Origin: Octopus bimaculoides
Lineage: Eukaryota
Assembly: GCF_001194135.2 (NCBI RefSeq)
Contig: NC_068983.1
Coordinates: forward strand, 57,500,208 to 57,564,207
DNA: 64,000 bases
Reading direction: 5' to 3'
The position numbers and the translations under genes are program-made. Under the pieces are notes generated by a model. The model worked only from the letters and a program-made list of their open reading frames with translations. It searched no databases and was not told the origin of the DNA. Shown here in pieces: positions 38,391-51,798 of the stretch (position 1 is the stretch's first letter; each line of letters opens with the position of its first letter).

Positions 38391-38804
38391 GACTAACAAG
38401 TTGAGCAAGTCCATTAATTACTGATGACAGGTACATCTGTGATCATGAGCAGGAGTAATGAGGAAGTATTACAGCCATGTGTTGAAAGGAATTCTTTGAG
38501 GTTTGAATAAATCTGGAGACATAAGTGTTTCGTTTCGCCCATCATCCTTAAACAAACCATACTCAGAGACTTTTTGAGCAAGATAGGCTACTCAACCTGA
38601 AGAAAAAATTCCAACGAGGCCCCCACCTGCAAAGTCATGTGGTGTTTATGTTGATATGAAATCACCATGTCAGGTACCTATGGTTATGATGATGCATGTG
38701 CTTGGTGTACCGATATCAGACAGGTACTCATGATGGGTATATTTGGCTTCGTATATTTGTACCCCTGTGACACTTTGATGGCATGCACTGCTCTCTCATT
38801 CAAT
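38389..38804. mobile_element. Family D repeat, partial third copy
   Basis: Colinear with the distal ~400 bp of 1654-2185, ending ctctctcattcaataat. Confidence 0.8.
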
Positions 38805-38815
38805 AATAACAATCC

Positions 38816-39032
38816 ATTCTACTATAAGCACAAGGCCTGAAACTTCAGTCGGAGGGGGAGACTAGTTGATTACCTCGACCCCAGTGTTTCACTGGTACTT
38901 AATTTATCGACCCTGAAAGGACAAAAGGCAAAGTCGACCTCGGTAGAATTTGAACTCAGAACGTAGCGACAGGTGAAATACCATTAAGTATTTTATCTGG
39001 CATGCCAATGATTTTGCCTGCTTGCCGCCTTC
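38816..39032 (-). mobile_element. Family C SINE
   Basis: cacaaggcctgaaa...cctcgaccccagtg...ggcaaagtcgacctcgg. Confidence 0.8.
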
Positions 39033-39265
39033 ACCCAATAATGATTACAATAACTGCAGCAACAACAACAACAACAATGAATATATAATATGGAATCTTT
39101 GCAAAGGAAAGTGCAAGAGAATATAAAGGAAAGAACTTTTCTCTTCTGTCTCTAAATCTAAAGCCATCTCAATACTTTTGCCTGTGTAAGAAATCAATTT
39201 AGAAAGTTGTTCTCTTACCAAAGACAAAATGCTAAATATATATATACATACATACATACATACAT

Positions 39266-39301
<36 letters not shown>

Positions 39302-39471
39302 GCACACACATATATACACACACATACATACACACACATATATATGCTCACACACACATATATATACATATATCTATATACATATATATATATATATATA
39401 TACATACATACACACACATATATATGCTCACACACATATATACACACACACACATATATATACATATATAT

Positions 39472-39520
<49 letters not shown>

Positions 39521-40324
39521 NNNNNNNNNNNNNNNNNNNNNNNNNNNNNNNNNNNNNNNNNNNNNNNNNNNNNNNNNNNNNNNNNNNNNNNNNNNNNNNN
39601 NNNNNNNNNNNNNNNNNNNNNNNNNNNNNNNNNNNNNNNNNNNNNNNNNNNNNNNNNNNNNNNNNNNNNNNNNNNNNNNNNNNNNNNNNNNNNNNNNNNN
39701 NNNNNNNNNNNNNNNNNNNNNNNNNNNNNNNNNNNNNNNNNNNNNNNNNNNNNNNNNNNNNNNNNNNNNNNNNNNNNNNNNNNNNNNNNNNNNNNNNNNN
39801 NNNNNNNNNNNNNNNNNNNNNNNNNNNNNNNNNNNNNNNNNNNNNNNNNNNNNNNNNNNNNNNNNNNNNNNNNNNNNNNNNNNNNNNNNNNNNNNNNNNN
39901 NNNNNNNNNNNNNNNNNNNNNNNNNNNNNNNNNNNNNNNNNNNNNNNNNNNNNNNNNNNNNNNNNNNNNNNNNNNNNNNNNNATGCAGATTCATAAACCC
40001 TTTATAAAGGTATTTCATTTTCTTGTCTTTTTTTCCTCCGTTTCTTTTTTGTTTTTTTGCTCTTGTTTTTGTTTATCTCGATACAACTTTGAAAAATTAC
40101 TGTAAAACAGAAGATGACATGCAAGATAATATATATTTCTCAAATAATGGAAACTGCTAAAAAAAAAAAAAAAATTACATACATACGTATAATGCTGTTT
40201 TGGTAGAAAATATGATAGTAAAATACATTATCGGAATTCTTGGACTTACCGTTAATGCCATTGTATAAATGTTTACATGTGAGTGTGGCTGGGAGGTATG
40301 TGCACGTGTGTGTACACCTACAAA

Positions 40325-40975
40325 TGTCATCATCGTCAGCATCATCATCATCATCATCATCACCGTCATCATCGTCATTATCATCATCGTCATCGTCATC
40401 ATCATCATCATCATCATTATTTAATGTCCATTTGACAGGAGCTGGTAGCGATGGAAGCCACACTAGATTCCATAGTCTGTTTTTGGCAGGGTTTCTACAC
40501 CTGGATGCCATCCCTAACGCCAACCACTTTACTGAGGGTATTGGGTGCTTTGTACTTGGCGCCAACACCGACAGAGCCACCAAGCAAGTTGCAAGACAAA
40601 AAAAACTCTCAGCTTGGAATGGCAATGCGGAGGGTTGTGGTGGCATTGTGCCAGTTGATGAGGGAATAAAGGTAAAGATGGATAGCGATAGGTGTCTGGC
40701 TGTAGAATAGGTACACGCATCATCATTATGATCATCACCACCACCATCACCACCACCGCCATCATCATCATTTAACGTCTGTTTCCCATGCACAAGTTGG
40801 ACAGTTTGAAAGGAGCTGTCCAGCTGGAGAGCTGCCCAAGTTTCGTGTCTGTTTCAGTGTGATCTCTAAGGTAGGATGCCCTTCATAATACTAAGCACCT
40901 TAGTGAGTGTAATGAATGCATTTATGCAGCACCAGGATGGGTGCATTTTATCAGACACCAGCATCCACAAGTCCG
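40325..40975 (-). mobile_element. Two diverged family A copies with (CAT)n tracts
   Basis: tttaatgtccatttg..., tttaacgtctgtttcccatgc and ctggatgccatccctaacgccaacc motifs. Confidence 0.7.
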
Positions 40976-41026
40976 CAAGATTGGAAACACTCAGCTGGAG
41001 AGGGATGGTAGGGACATGCATATCTA

Positions 41027-41288
41027 CAGGGTGACTGGAAAGTAACTCCCTATTTTAAAATGCTTATAAATTATTTATTAATTGTAATTTTTACAAAAAA
41101 CAAAAAAATAGATATGAGAGGAAAGCTTTTAGTATGAGGTTTTATTTAAGATTTGATTTGGGCTCCAGGTGTCACCACCAGCTTCTTGAGTCACCCGGGT
41201 ATTGCATCAACGGATTTCACCAGGAACTCTGGTGGGATGAAAGAAGACATAACTTCTCATATTTGGCCTTCAAGTTTTTCCAAATTGT
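41027..41288 (-). pseudogene. Tc1/mariner-superfamily transposon 3' end: transposase C-terminus plus TIR
   Basis: TA|cagggtgactggaaagtaactccc terminus. Minus-strand NLEKLEGQI*EVMSSFIPPEFLVKSVDAIPG*LKKLVVTPGAQIKS*. Confidence 0.65.
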
Positions 41289-41321
41289 TGTATACATATA
41301 TATATACATATACATATATAC

Positions 41322-41480
41322 AACAAGCTTCTCTCAGTTTCCGTCTAGCAAATCCCTTCACAATGCTTTGGTTGGCCCAAGGCTATAGTAGAAGACACTT
41401 GACCAAGGTACCACTCAGTGAGAATGAACCTGGAACTATGCGAATGATAAGCATGCTACTTACCACACAGCCACGCCTGT
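41322..41480 (-). mobile_element. Family B SINE head
   Basis: ggctatagtagaagacacttg...cttaccacacagccacgcct. Confidence 0.8.
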
Positions 41481-41736
41481 GTATAGCTTATTTCTCATCC
41501 ATATTGAATCACACTGCACAGCACTTTGAATAAGGGATTACTACTTTAACCCTTGGTTTACAAAAACCTTGTAAGTGGACTTCATTTGGTAGATGGAAAT
41601 TGAAAGAAGCTCACCCTAATATATATGTATGCATGTGTGTGTGTGCGTGTGTGTGTGTATGTGTGTGTGTGTGTGTGCGTGTGTGTGTAATTATATGCAT
41701 ATATGTTTGTATATATATATATATATATCAGTATGC

Positions 41737-42120
41737 GGAGGCGCAATGACCCAGTGGTTAGGGCAGCGGACTCGCGGTCATAGGATCGCGGTTTCGATTC
41801 CCAGACCAGGCGTTGTGAGTGTATATTGAGCGAAAACACCTAAAGTTCTACGAGGCTCTGGCAGGGAATGGTGGCGAACCCTGCTGTACTCTTTCACCAC
41901 AACTTTCTCTCACTCTTACTTCCTGTTTCTGTTGTGCCTGTAATTCAAAGGGTCAGCCTTGTCACACTGTGTCACGCTGAATCTCCCCGAGAACTACGTT
42001 AAGGGTACACGTGTCTGTGGAGTGCTCAGCCACTTGCATGTCAATTTCACTAGCAGGCTGTTCCGTTGATCGGATCAACTGGAACCCACGACGTCATAAC
42101 CGATGGAGTGACAACAAACA
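41737..42120 (+). mobile_element. Full-length tRNA-derived SINE of a distinct family, with probable 13-bp TSD
   Basis: A-box tgacccagtggttag, B-box ggtttcgattcc. Flanks tatatcagtatgc (41724-41736) and tatatcagtatac (42123-42135). Confidence 0.85.
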
Positions 42121-42666
42121 TGTATATCAGTATACGTAGTTGGTGTCAAACATCCTCATACACTAAATAAGCCAACGATCAAGAGAGGAGCATGTGTTAT
42201 GAATATCCCACCATTCTGAAGAAATCAGGTAAAGAAGAATGATATGTAAAAGTGCAAAAACACGGTGATGCTCCAGCCTGGCCACAGCCAGGCTGGAGTT
42301 AAGTGGCTGAAAGGAATAAATGAATATATATATTTGCACACATACATATATATGTGTGTGTATGTAGCTGCTTACATTAATTTATATATATATGAATTAA
42401 TATAAGCAGCTATATACGTAAGTACATACAGATACACACACACATGCACACACACACACACACATATATACACACATATATATATATACACACACATATA
42501 TATATATATATACACATTCATAGATATATATGTATACGTGTATATATGTGTGTGTTTATGTATATGTATATATATATATTACTATACATATATAAATATA
42601 TATATATGCATATATAATATATGTATACATATATACATATATATACACACACACATATATATACAG

Positions 42667-42709
<43 letters not shown>

Positions 42710-43599
42710 NNNNNNNNNNNNNNNNNNNNNNNNNNNNNNNNNNNNNNNNNNNNNNNNNNNNNNNNNNNNNNNNNNNNNNNNNNNNNNNNNNNNNNNNNNN
42801 NNNNNNNNNNNNNNNNNNNNNNNNNNNNNNNNNNNNNNNNNNNNNNNNNNNNNNNNNNNNNNNNNNNNNNNNNNNNNNNNNNNNNNNNNNNNNNNNNNNN
42901 NNNNNNNNNNNNNNNNNNNNNNNNNNNNNNNNNNNNNNNNNNNNNNNNNNNNNNNNNNNNNNNNNNNNNNNNNNNNNNNNNNNNNNNNNNNNNNNNNNNN
43001 NNNNNNNNNNNNNNNNNNNNNNNNNNNNNNNNNNNNNNNNNNNNNNNNNNNNNNNNNNNNNNNNNNNNNNNNNNNNNNNNNNNNNNNNNNNNNNNNNNNN
43101 NNNNNNNNNNNNNNNNNNNNNNNNNNNNNNNNNNNNNNNNNNNNNGACAGAAATCTATTAATGTAATGACTTATTATTCACACAAATCACCATGATTAAC
43201 AGTGAAAAACTATATGATGTAAGTGACCATAAACACAACTAGATTTTTACAAATAAATCATTTTCTTGATAAGCAAAAGAAACAGGATGTATACAGACAT
43301 ATTACAGAATGTTGCGGACATTAAAAGAAAAAAAAAATGTGTTGATAAAAGAATATATTTATCGACTATTCCATTAGCAAGGCCACATTTAAAATTCTAT
43401 CAATGTTTTCATGCTGGTTTTTTTCTTATAGGACACATGGTATTCTCTGGTTGTTCTTCGTCCCTTGTCCACTAGCTTTCATTGTTCATATAGACTATAT
43501 GTAAATTCTTGTATGGTTCCCGGTTTTGTTTATTTGTTTACTTGTTTCAATCATTAGACTGCTACCATGATGGTGCACCACTTTCAGGAATTTTTAGGC

Positions 43600-43832
43600 A
43601 CAGTAGTGGCTGTGTGGTAACAAGCTTGCTTTTCAACCACATGGTTCCCCATTCGGTCCCACTGCATGGAATCTTGGACAAGTGTCTTCTACTATAGCCT
43701 TGGGCTGACCAAAGCCTTGCAAGTGGATTTGGTAGGAGAAAACTGAAAGAAGCCCATCGTGTATATATATATGTGTGTGTGTATGTTTAATCGTATATAT
43801 ATTTGGTAGATGGAAACTGAAAGAAGCCCATC

Positions 43833-43867
<35 letters not shown>

Positions 43868-44095
43868 TTATGTATTTGTTATTTGTGTCTCTATTTGTCC
43901 CCACACCATTGCTTGACAACCAATGTTGGTGTGTTTACTTGCCCGTCACTTAGCGATTCAGCAAAAAGAGACTGATAGAATAAGTACTAGGCTTACAAAG
44001 AATAGGTCCTGGGGTTGGTTGATTTGTTTGACTAAAGATGGTGCTCTAGCATGGCCGCAGTCAAATAACTGAAACAAGTAAAAGAGCAAAAGAAT
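43600..44095 (+). mobile_element. Family B SINE, full length, with a duplicated internal segment
   Basis: Head, two copies of ggaaactgaaagaagcccatcg, microsatellite and tail. Confidence 0.85.
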
Positions 44096-44384
44096 AAATG
44101 AATCGACCCTGATACTTATTTCCTTTAATCCTGCTGCTTATTTTGTCACTCTCTTTTGCTGAGCTGCTAGCTATTTGATCACTTTTGCAAAACTGCTTAT
44201 TTATGAGGACATAAACAAACCAGCACTGGTTGTCAAGTATTGATGAGTGACATACACAGACACAAAAGTGTACACACACACACACACACACACACACTGT
44301 AGCTTCAAAACAAACAATGAGCATGTCGAAAATTAAAACTATAAAATGGTCACAATTTACCCATTACACCCTGTATATATATAT

Positions 44385-44730
44385 CATCATCATCATCATC
44401 ATCGTTTAACATCCGCTTTCCATGCTAGCATGGGTTGGACGATTTGACTGAGGACTGGTGAAACCAGATGGCTACACCAAGCTCCAATCTGATTTGGCAG
44501 AGTTTCTACAGCTGGATGCCCTTCCTAACGCCAACCACTCAGAGAGTGAAGTGGGTGCTTTTACATGTCGCCCACACGAAGGCCAGTCAGGCGGTACTGA
44601 CAACGGCCACGCTCAAAATGGTGCATTTTATGCGCCACACGCACAAGAGCCAGTCCAGGGGCACTGGCAACGATCTCGCTCGAAAATCCCATGACGGCCC
44701 CGCACAAGAGCCAGTCCAGGGGCACTGGCA
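44385..44730 (-). mobile_element. Family A RTE 3' end, running into a gap
   Basis: Closely matches 3890-4228 and 31295-31700. Confidence 0.88.
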
Positions 44731-46077
44731 NNNNNNNNNNNNNNNNNNNNNNNNNNNNNNNNNNNNNNNNNNNNNNNNNNNNNNNNNNNNNNNNNNNNNN
44801 NNNNNNNNNNNNNNNNNNNNNNNNNNNNNNNNNNNNNNNNNNNNNNNNNNNNNNNNNNNNNNNNNNNNNNNNNNNNNNNNNNNNNNNNNNNNNNNNNNNN
44901 NNNNNNNNNNNNNNNNNNNNNNNNNNNNNNNNNNNNNNNNNNNNNNNNNNNNNNNNNNNNNNNNNNNNNNNNNNNNNNNNNNNNNNNNNNNNNNNNNNNN
45001 NNNNNNNNNNNNNNNNNNNNNNNNNNNNNNNNNNNNNNNNNNNNNNNNNNNNNNNNNNNNNNNNNNNNNNNNNNNNNNNNNNNNNNNNNNNNNNNNNNNN
45101 NNNNNNNNNNNNNNNNNNNNNNNNNNNNNNNNNNNNNNNNNNNNNNNNNNNNNNNNNNNNNNNNNNNNNNNNNNNNNNNNNNNNNNNNNNNNNNNNNNNN
45201 NNNNNNNNNNNNNNNNNNNNNNNNNNNNNNNNNNNNNNNNNNNNNNNNNNNNNNNNNNNNNNNNNNNNNNNNNNNNNNNNNNNNNNNNNNNNNNNNNNNN
45301 NNNNNNNNNNNNNNNNNNNNNNNNNNNNNNNNNNNNNNNNNNNNNNNNNNNNNNNNNNNNNNNNNNNNNNNNNNNNNNNNNNNNNNNNNNNNNNNNNNNN
45401 NNNNNNNNNNNNNNNNNNNNNNNNNNNNNNNNNNNNNNNNNNNNNNNNNNNNNNNNNNNNNNNNNNNNNNNNNNNNNNNNNNNNNNNNNNNNNNNNNNNN
45501 NNNNNNNNNNATGCATTCCAAAGCTGAGTTACAGATTCTGATGTATGTGGTATCAAAAGATTCAGTACTATTTCGGCTACGAATTAAACTTAATTTCCAT
45601 TCACATATTTGCATTTCAAAAATTTTACATTATAATCTTTTCCATAAATCAACTATCATAAAAATTATTTTACTATGACATCACATTTTCTATATGTGTA
45701 TGTACCTTAAAAGACATCAATCATCATGACACACACCTTCACTCATTCACTCTCTCTCTCTCTCACTGTCTGTCTCTCTCTCTTTCTCTCTCTCACACAC
45801 GTCGATGCACGCACATACACACACATCCATTTCATATACACATACATACATCTTTCACTTTCTTTGTCTCTGTCCTTTTCGCCTTCTTCTCTTTGAATTT
45901 CTGCTCCTTTCAAAGAAATTTTTATGGAATCAGCAGGAGAAACACAAAATGAGAAGCAAAGACAGAGATGGGAGAAAGAAATAGAGACAGAAAGCAAGTG
46001 TCTATAGAAGATCAAAGACAGAGATAGCGGTTGACAGAGAAATGATGATGTTTCATATTTTATGTATATTCTAAAAG

Positions 46078-46111
<34 letters not shown>

Positions 46112-46452
46112 TATGTGTGTGCCTGTATGTTCCTTATGCATTCCAAAATTGGGTTGTCCATTTTGACATATGGGGTATCAAAATATTCAGTAATTTTTTG
46201 GCTACCAAATAAACTATAGTTTCATTTACTTATATTCTATGTTATCTCAACAACCAGCTATAGTTATTTGAAAGACACTGCTCTACAACGACCAGGTTTC
46301 ATTAGAAACTGAAAATAGTTTCACATTTTCAATTTCAACCAAAATTACAAAGAGTTGCCTTATGAGAGTGACGATGTTTCAATAATGAAAGTAATGTTTC
46401 ACCAAATTAGTCACATCTGTACTATAATAAAGAAAGCTGCTTATAATGTGAT

Positions 46453-46590
46453 AAGGTAACATTGCCAGCACTACCAGATCCTTTTCAACCTCTTATGGAT
46501 CTTCTAGAAGGCATTTCCATCCAGTCAAAGGATTTTCTGAACAATATCAGACAATACAACTCTGCATTTCAAATGACATCATTTACTGCC
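46453..46590 (+). pseudogene. Helitron Rep/helicase N-terminal fragment
   Basis: KVTLPALPDPFQPLMDLLEGISIQSKDFLNNIRQYNSAFQMTSF matches the characteristic Helitron NIRxYNSAFQMTSF motif. Confidence 0.8.
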
Positions 46591-46621
46591 TCTAATAAGA
46601 TATTTAAACATATATATATAT

Positions 46622-46795
46622 ATGGCAGGCTTCTTTCAGTTTCTGTCTACCAAATCCACTCATAAGGCTTTGGTTCAGCCCAGCCCAAGGCTATAATACA
46701 AGACTCTTGCCTGAGGTACCATGCAGTGAGATTAAACCCAGAATTCTATATTTGGGAAGCAAACTTCTTACCACACAGCCTATCCATAGCTGCAC
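46622..46795 (-). mobile_element. Family B SINE head
   Basis: ggcttctttcagtttctgtctaccaaatccactc...cttaccacacagcc. Confidence 0.8.
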
Positions 46796-47268
46796 CTATT
46801 ATAAAGTAATCAAAATATTTTGTTGATATTTTAATACTATCTCTTTGAAAACCAGTTTATTATTTATTAATTTCAATGTAAAAAGAAAGACATATGTTCG
46901 TTAACTGAGAATAGATTTTAGTTGTACCAGAGCTTATGGCTCATAATGATCCTTAATTACTAATTAAAGTTAGCATTCATTAAAGATTTATGAAACTATA
47001 AAGAGCTTATTTTGATAATCTGAAAAGATTTTTCAGTAGCTATTTTATCAACATGATCAGTAAACCTAGAATTTTAGAAATAATCTTCTGCCTCATTTTC
47101 ATAATTATCTCCATTAAGCTGATTACATTTATGATGGTGAAAAAAAAAAAAAAAACATTTCATGTATTGTTGATTGTAGAAAACAAGATGTTACAGGAGA
47201 AACATTTGCATGATATAATGAGGAAGTTTTGAATAATAATAATGATAATATTAATAATAATGATGATG

Positions 47269-47338
<70 letters not shown>

Positions 47339-47439
47339 TGATGATGATAATAATAATAATAATAGCGAATTACATCAAATACAGAATAGACAACACATGA
47401 GAAAGTGATAAGTACAGAATTTGTGGACAAAATGGTGAA

Positions 47440-47655
47440 ACTGTATGGTATCTGATGCCAGTACTGCCTGACTGGCACCCACAAAGCACCCACTACACTC
47501 TCAGAGCAGTTGGCATTAGGAAGAGCATCCAGTCATAGAAACCCTGCCAAATCAGAACAGAGCCTGGTGTAGCCTCCTGCCTTGCTAGTTCTCAGTCAAA
47601 CCATCCAACCCATGCCAGCATGGCAAGCGGACATTAAACGACAATGATGATGATG
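47440..47655 (+). mobile_element. Family A RTE 3' end
   Basis: ccatgccagcatggcaagcggacattaaacgacaatgatgatg. Confidence 0.8.
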
Positions 47656-48260
47656 TATACACGTGTCTGTGTGTGTGTGTGTTTATACATCCACGTGTAG
47701 ATATATGGTCATGGTGATAGTACTCGACACTAATTGCACTGTAGAAAAGTAATTTATCGCAGCAATAGAAAAAAATTCTATAAATGAGGCCAATGATTTC
47801 CTTACAATATAAAAATGTATCAATGCCCTACAAACACCGAGATCTTTTCTTATTATTCCTCTCTGTCAAATGCTTAATTTTGTTTTACTACACAGCTCAC
47901 TTCTTCCTTTCCCACCACCCCCATTGCATTCTCTCTCTCTCCTCTCTCTGTCTCTCTCTCTCTCTACAAAAAGAGTTTGAATAACGAAAAAGTAATGGAA
48001 ATTCTACGTGTCTCAGGAGAAAGTGTGTTGAATTGCCAGTTTCTTTGCAAAGAACTAAAATGTATTCAATCAGCTTGTTTGCTTTAGTACCAGGATAGAA
48101 ACACTTACTAAATGGTTGGCACCAGTTAATTGGAATTTAATAGATGCTGAAGAATTATCTAAGGACGACTAACAACAAGTAGCAATGATAACAAATGAGT
48201 TTCCTGAAGAATTGTCGAAGACAGCAACCTTTTCAAGATATTTCATTTGCTTATCTTCTC

Positions 48261-48306
<46 letters not shown>

Positions 48307-48647
48307 NNNNNNNNNNNNNNNNNNNNNNNNNNNNNNNNNNNNNNNNNNNNNNNNNNNNNNNNNNNNNNNNNNNNNNNNNNNNNNNNNNNNNNNNNNNNNN
48401 NNNNNNNNNNNNNNNNNNNNNNNNNNNNNNNNNNNNNNNNNNNNNNNNNNNNNNNNNNNNNNNNNNNNNNNNNNNNNNNNNNNNNNNNNNNNNNNNNNNN
48501 NNNNNNNNNNNNNNNNNNNNNNNNNNNNNNNNNNNNNNNNNNNNNNNNNNNNNNNNNNNNNNNNNNNNNNNNNNNNNNNNNNNNNNNNNNNNNNNNNNNN
48601 NNNNNTATACTTATATACATATATATACTTATATACATATATATATA

Positions 48648-48685
<38 letters not shown>

Positions 48686-48739
48686 GTTAGCTATGTTCTT
48701 CCTGTTGATGCTGAAACTCGTGCTGTTGTTGCTGGTGTT

Positions 48740-48791
<52 letters not shown>

Positions 48792-48829
48792 TAGATAGAT
48801 AGATAGAGAGATTATTTCGTTATTTCATT

Positions 48830-49385
48830 ATTGTCATTATTATTGTTGTTGATGTTGTGATTGTTGATGATGAAGAGCAGGTGGAGGAAGATTGGAGGAG
48901 CAGATGTGGCAATGGTGGTGGTGGTTGTGGTGGTAGGCATAGTGATGATGATGATGGAGGGTGACGGTGGTGTTAATGTTGATGGTAGTGATGATGATGA
49001 TGCTGAGGAAGAGGGAAGGAGGGGTAATGGGTTGGTGTGATGATGGCGGTGGGGAGCCCAATGGTGGTGTTGGTGGCAGCAGTGGCATTGATTGTGGTGG
49101 ATGAATAATAGTGATGGTGATGACGGTGGCAATGATGATGGCGACAATGATGACGATGACAGTGATGATGATAACGATGGTGATGGTGGTGGTGGTGGTG
49201 GTGGTGACGATGATAATGATGATGACGATTGAGGTGGTGGCGGCGGCGGCGGCAGGGGTGCTGGTGGTGGTGATGGTAGTGGTGATGGTGGTGGTGGTGG
49301 TTGCGGTGGTGGCAGCAGCAGCTGTGGTGGTGGTGGTCGTGGTGGCAGTGATGATGATGATGATGATGCTTGCGATGGTGATGAG
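48830..49385. repeat. Long compound (GAT/GGT/GGC)n low-complexity tract
   Basis: Degenerate trinucleotide array that generates spurious poly-H/P/T/V ORFs. Confidence 0.9.
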
Positions 49386-49820
49386 GGTATGGCACATAAC
49401 ACTGTTTACTTGCAGAAATTTATTAATTCTTCTCTTTGAACAACAATTATTGTGTTTAAAAAGATTTCATAAACGTGTTTCTTTTTTTTCTACAAGATTT
49501 TTTGTTTTTTTTTACTTTTCTTTTGAACAATGAAACGACGTAGAAAAAAAATTTCGTGTAAAAAAAAGAAAGGAGAGGCTTAAATGTTTACTATTTAACA
49601 GAAAATAATTTAATATTTTAAGAAAACATGTCTTAATAATCTTGAAACCCTTTTCAAATCTTCAATGCTGAGCTGCAGTTTAACATGGATTTCAATAGGT
49701 TTTTGTTCTCAACTAACACCAACAGCACTATCTCTATCTCTCACTTTGTCACTCCCTCTCCATTCACTTACATACATGCATACATACATCTACACACACA
49801 TATATATTTATATACATACA

Positions 49821-49852
<32 letters not shown>

Positions 49853-49867
49853 TATATNNNNNNNNNN

Positions 49868-50085
49868 ATCATCATCATCGTTTAACATCTGCTTTCTATG
49901 CTGGCATGGGTTGGACAGCTTGACAGAAGACTGGCAAGCCAGGAGGTTGCACCAGGCTCCAATCTGATTTGGCAAAATTTCTACAGCTGGATGCTCTTCC
50001 TAACGCCAACCACTCTGAGAGTGTAGTGGGTGTTTTTACATGCCACCGGCATGAGGGCCAGTCTGGCGGTATTGGCAACGACACA
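49868..50085 (-). mobile_element. Family A RTE 3' end
   Basis: catcgtttaacatctgctttctatgctggcatgggttggac. Confidence 0.8.
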
Positions 50086-50206
50086 CACATGCACACACAC
50101 AAACACAAACACATACACTCATACACACACACACACTCACACACGCACACACTCATTCACACACACTAACACAAACATACACAAACACAAAAAAACACAC
50201 ACACAA

Positions 50207-50247
<41 letters not shown>

Positions 50248-51047
50248 TGCATAAAAAAGTAGATAGGTATATAAATAGACATACGAATATGTAGGTTGGC
50301 AGATTGAAAGGTTGTAAAGAAAGAAGATGGTTCATAGATAACCAGATCATCAGACAGACCGACAGAGATGGAGATGCAGAAGATGCCTCAGAATTACTCT
50401 CAGAGATAAACTAATTAATAACTAAACAGACTGATCAATAAATGAGGTAGGTAATTAGTTAAATTGTTAAGTAAATTGATTATGAGATATCTTTTATCGT
50501 TTAAATATTTTAGTCATTGGAATGTGGCCATGCTGGGGCACCACCTTGAGGGGTTTTAGTCGGATAAACCAACTCTCAGTACTTCTGGCTTTTCTTTATT
50601 TTTAAGGCTTGGTAATTACGCTCTTGGTCTCTTGTACCAGACTGCTAAGTTACAGGGATATAAACAAGCCAACACTAGTTGTCAATCNNNNNNNNNNNNN
50701 NNNNNNNNNNNNNNNNNNNNNNNNNNNNNNNNNNNNNNNNNNNNNNNNNNNNNNNNNNNNNNNNNNNNNNNNNNNNNNNNNNNNNNNNNNNNNNNNNNNN
50801 NNNNNNNNNNNNNNNNNNNNNNNNNNNNNNNNNNNNNNNNNNNNNNNNNNNNNNNNNNNNNNNNNNNNNNNNNNNNNNNNNNNNNNNNNNNNNNNNNNNN
50901 NNNNNNNNNNNNNNNNNNNNNNNNNNNNNNNNNNNNNNNNNNNNNNNNNNNNNNNNNNNNNNNNNNNNNNNNNNNNNNNNNNNNNNNNNNNNNNNNNNNN
51001 NNNNNNNNNNNNNNNNNNNNNNNNNNNNNNNNNNNNNNNNNNNNNNN

Positions 51048-51110
<63 letters not shown>

Positions 51111-51531
51111 ATGTATGTATGCATCAGGGGTTGAACAGAAAGAACACATCAAGGAGAATAAGTTAGACGAAAGCAGAGCAAATGGGAAACTAGATGAAAA
51201 CTTAACGGACAGGAAATTTAGACAAAGACACGATGCATGGAATATTCGTAGCTGAGTTTTCTTCGTCAGTCAATGACCCAAAATATCATAGTGGTTTGGT
51301 GCCATTACCATTGAAATCACTCAATTTTGGAGGTGCCAGTGCTGTTATTAAGCTACTGGGAAAAAGTTAGTAAATGTATATTAAGACAGAAACATACAAG
51401 TCATTATATAAGTACAAGAGACAGAGAATTAAGCATATATAACATCACCATGCCTTACAGCTATATACAACAGAAGAAAAAAATAACAATTATACATTTT
51501 TATTAATCTTATCTTCATTTTCTCTCTTGGT

Positions 51532-51579
<48 letters not shown>

Positions 51580-51738
51580 TGCGGTATTGCTTGTGACACA
51601 CATGGTAATTCTTGAGGAGGGATGAGAACTGGCTGGCCTATGTAAGTTCGGTGATGCTGTTCATAATTGTGCTGATGCACGATGTCGCTTGGTCGTGCAT
51701 GCACAATTGCTAGCATCGTCGAATTTGCAAACTGGAAT

Positions 51739-51798
51739 ATCATACTGATGAGGAAATGAAAAGTTTTTACGTTTCTAAGCCAGAAACGTGTCTATGAT
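51739..51798 (+). ncRNA. Degenerate type-I hammerhead-like motif
   Basis: ATCATA-CTGATGA-...-GAAACGTGTC-TATGAT. Helix I pairs over 6 bp, but helix II (GGAAATG/CGTTTCT) is followed by 6 extra nt before GAAA. Confidence 0.4.

Noticed and set aside
41737-41810. tRNA gene
   Set aside because: The cloverleaf is incomplete, it continues into a SINE body, and it is flanked by a TSD
44440-44475. CTGAGGA-CTGG-tgaaa-CCAG in family A as a hammerhead core
   Set aside because: The hairpin is not followed by GAAA or a helix III/NUH triplet
48812-49533. Pro-, His-, Thr- or Val-rich ORFs of 140-196 aa
   Set aside because: Translations of a degenerate trinucleotide tract with no splice or domain support
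51125-51255. GVEQKEHIKENKLDES...HDAWNIRS frame as an exon
   Set aside because: The acceptor is embedded in (GTAT)n, there is no recognisable domain, and there is no donor before the stop
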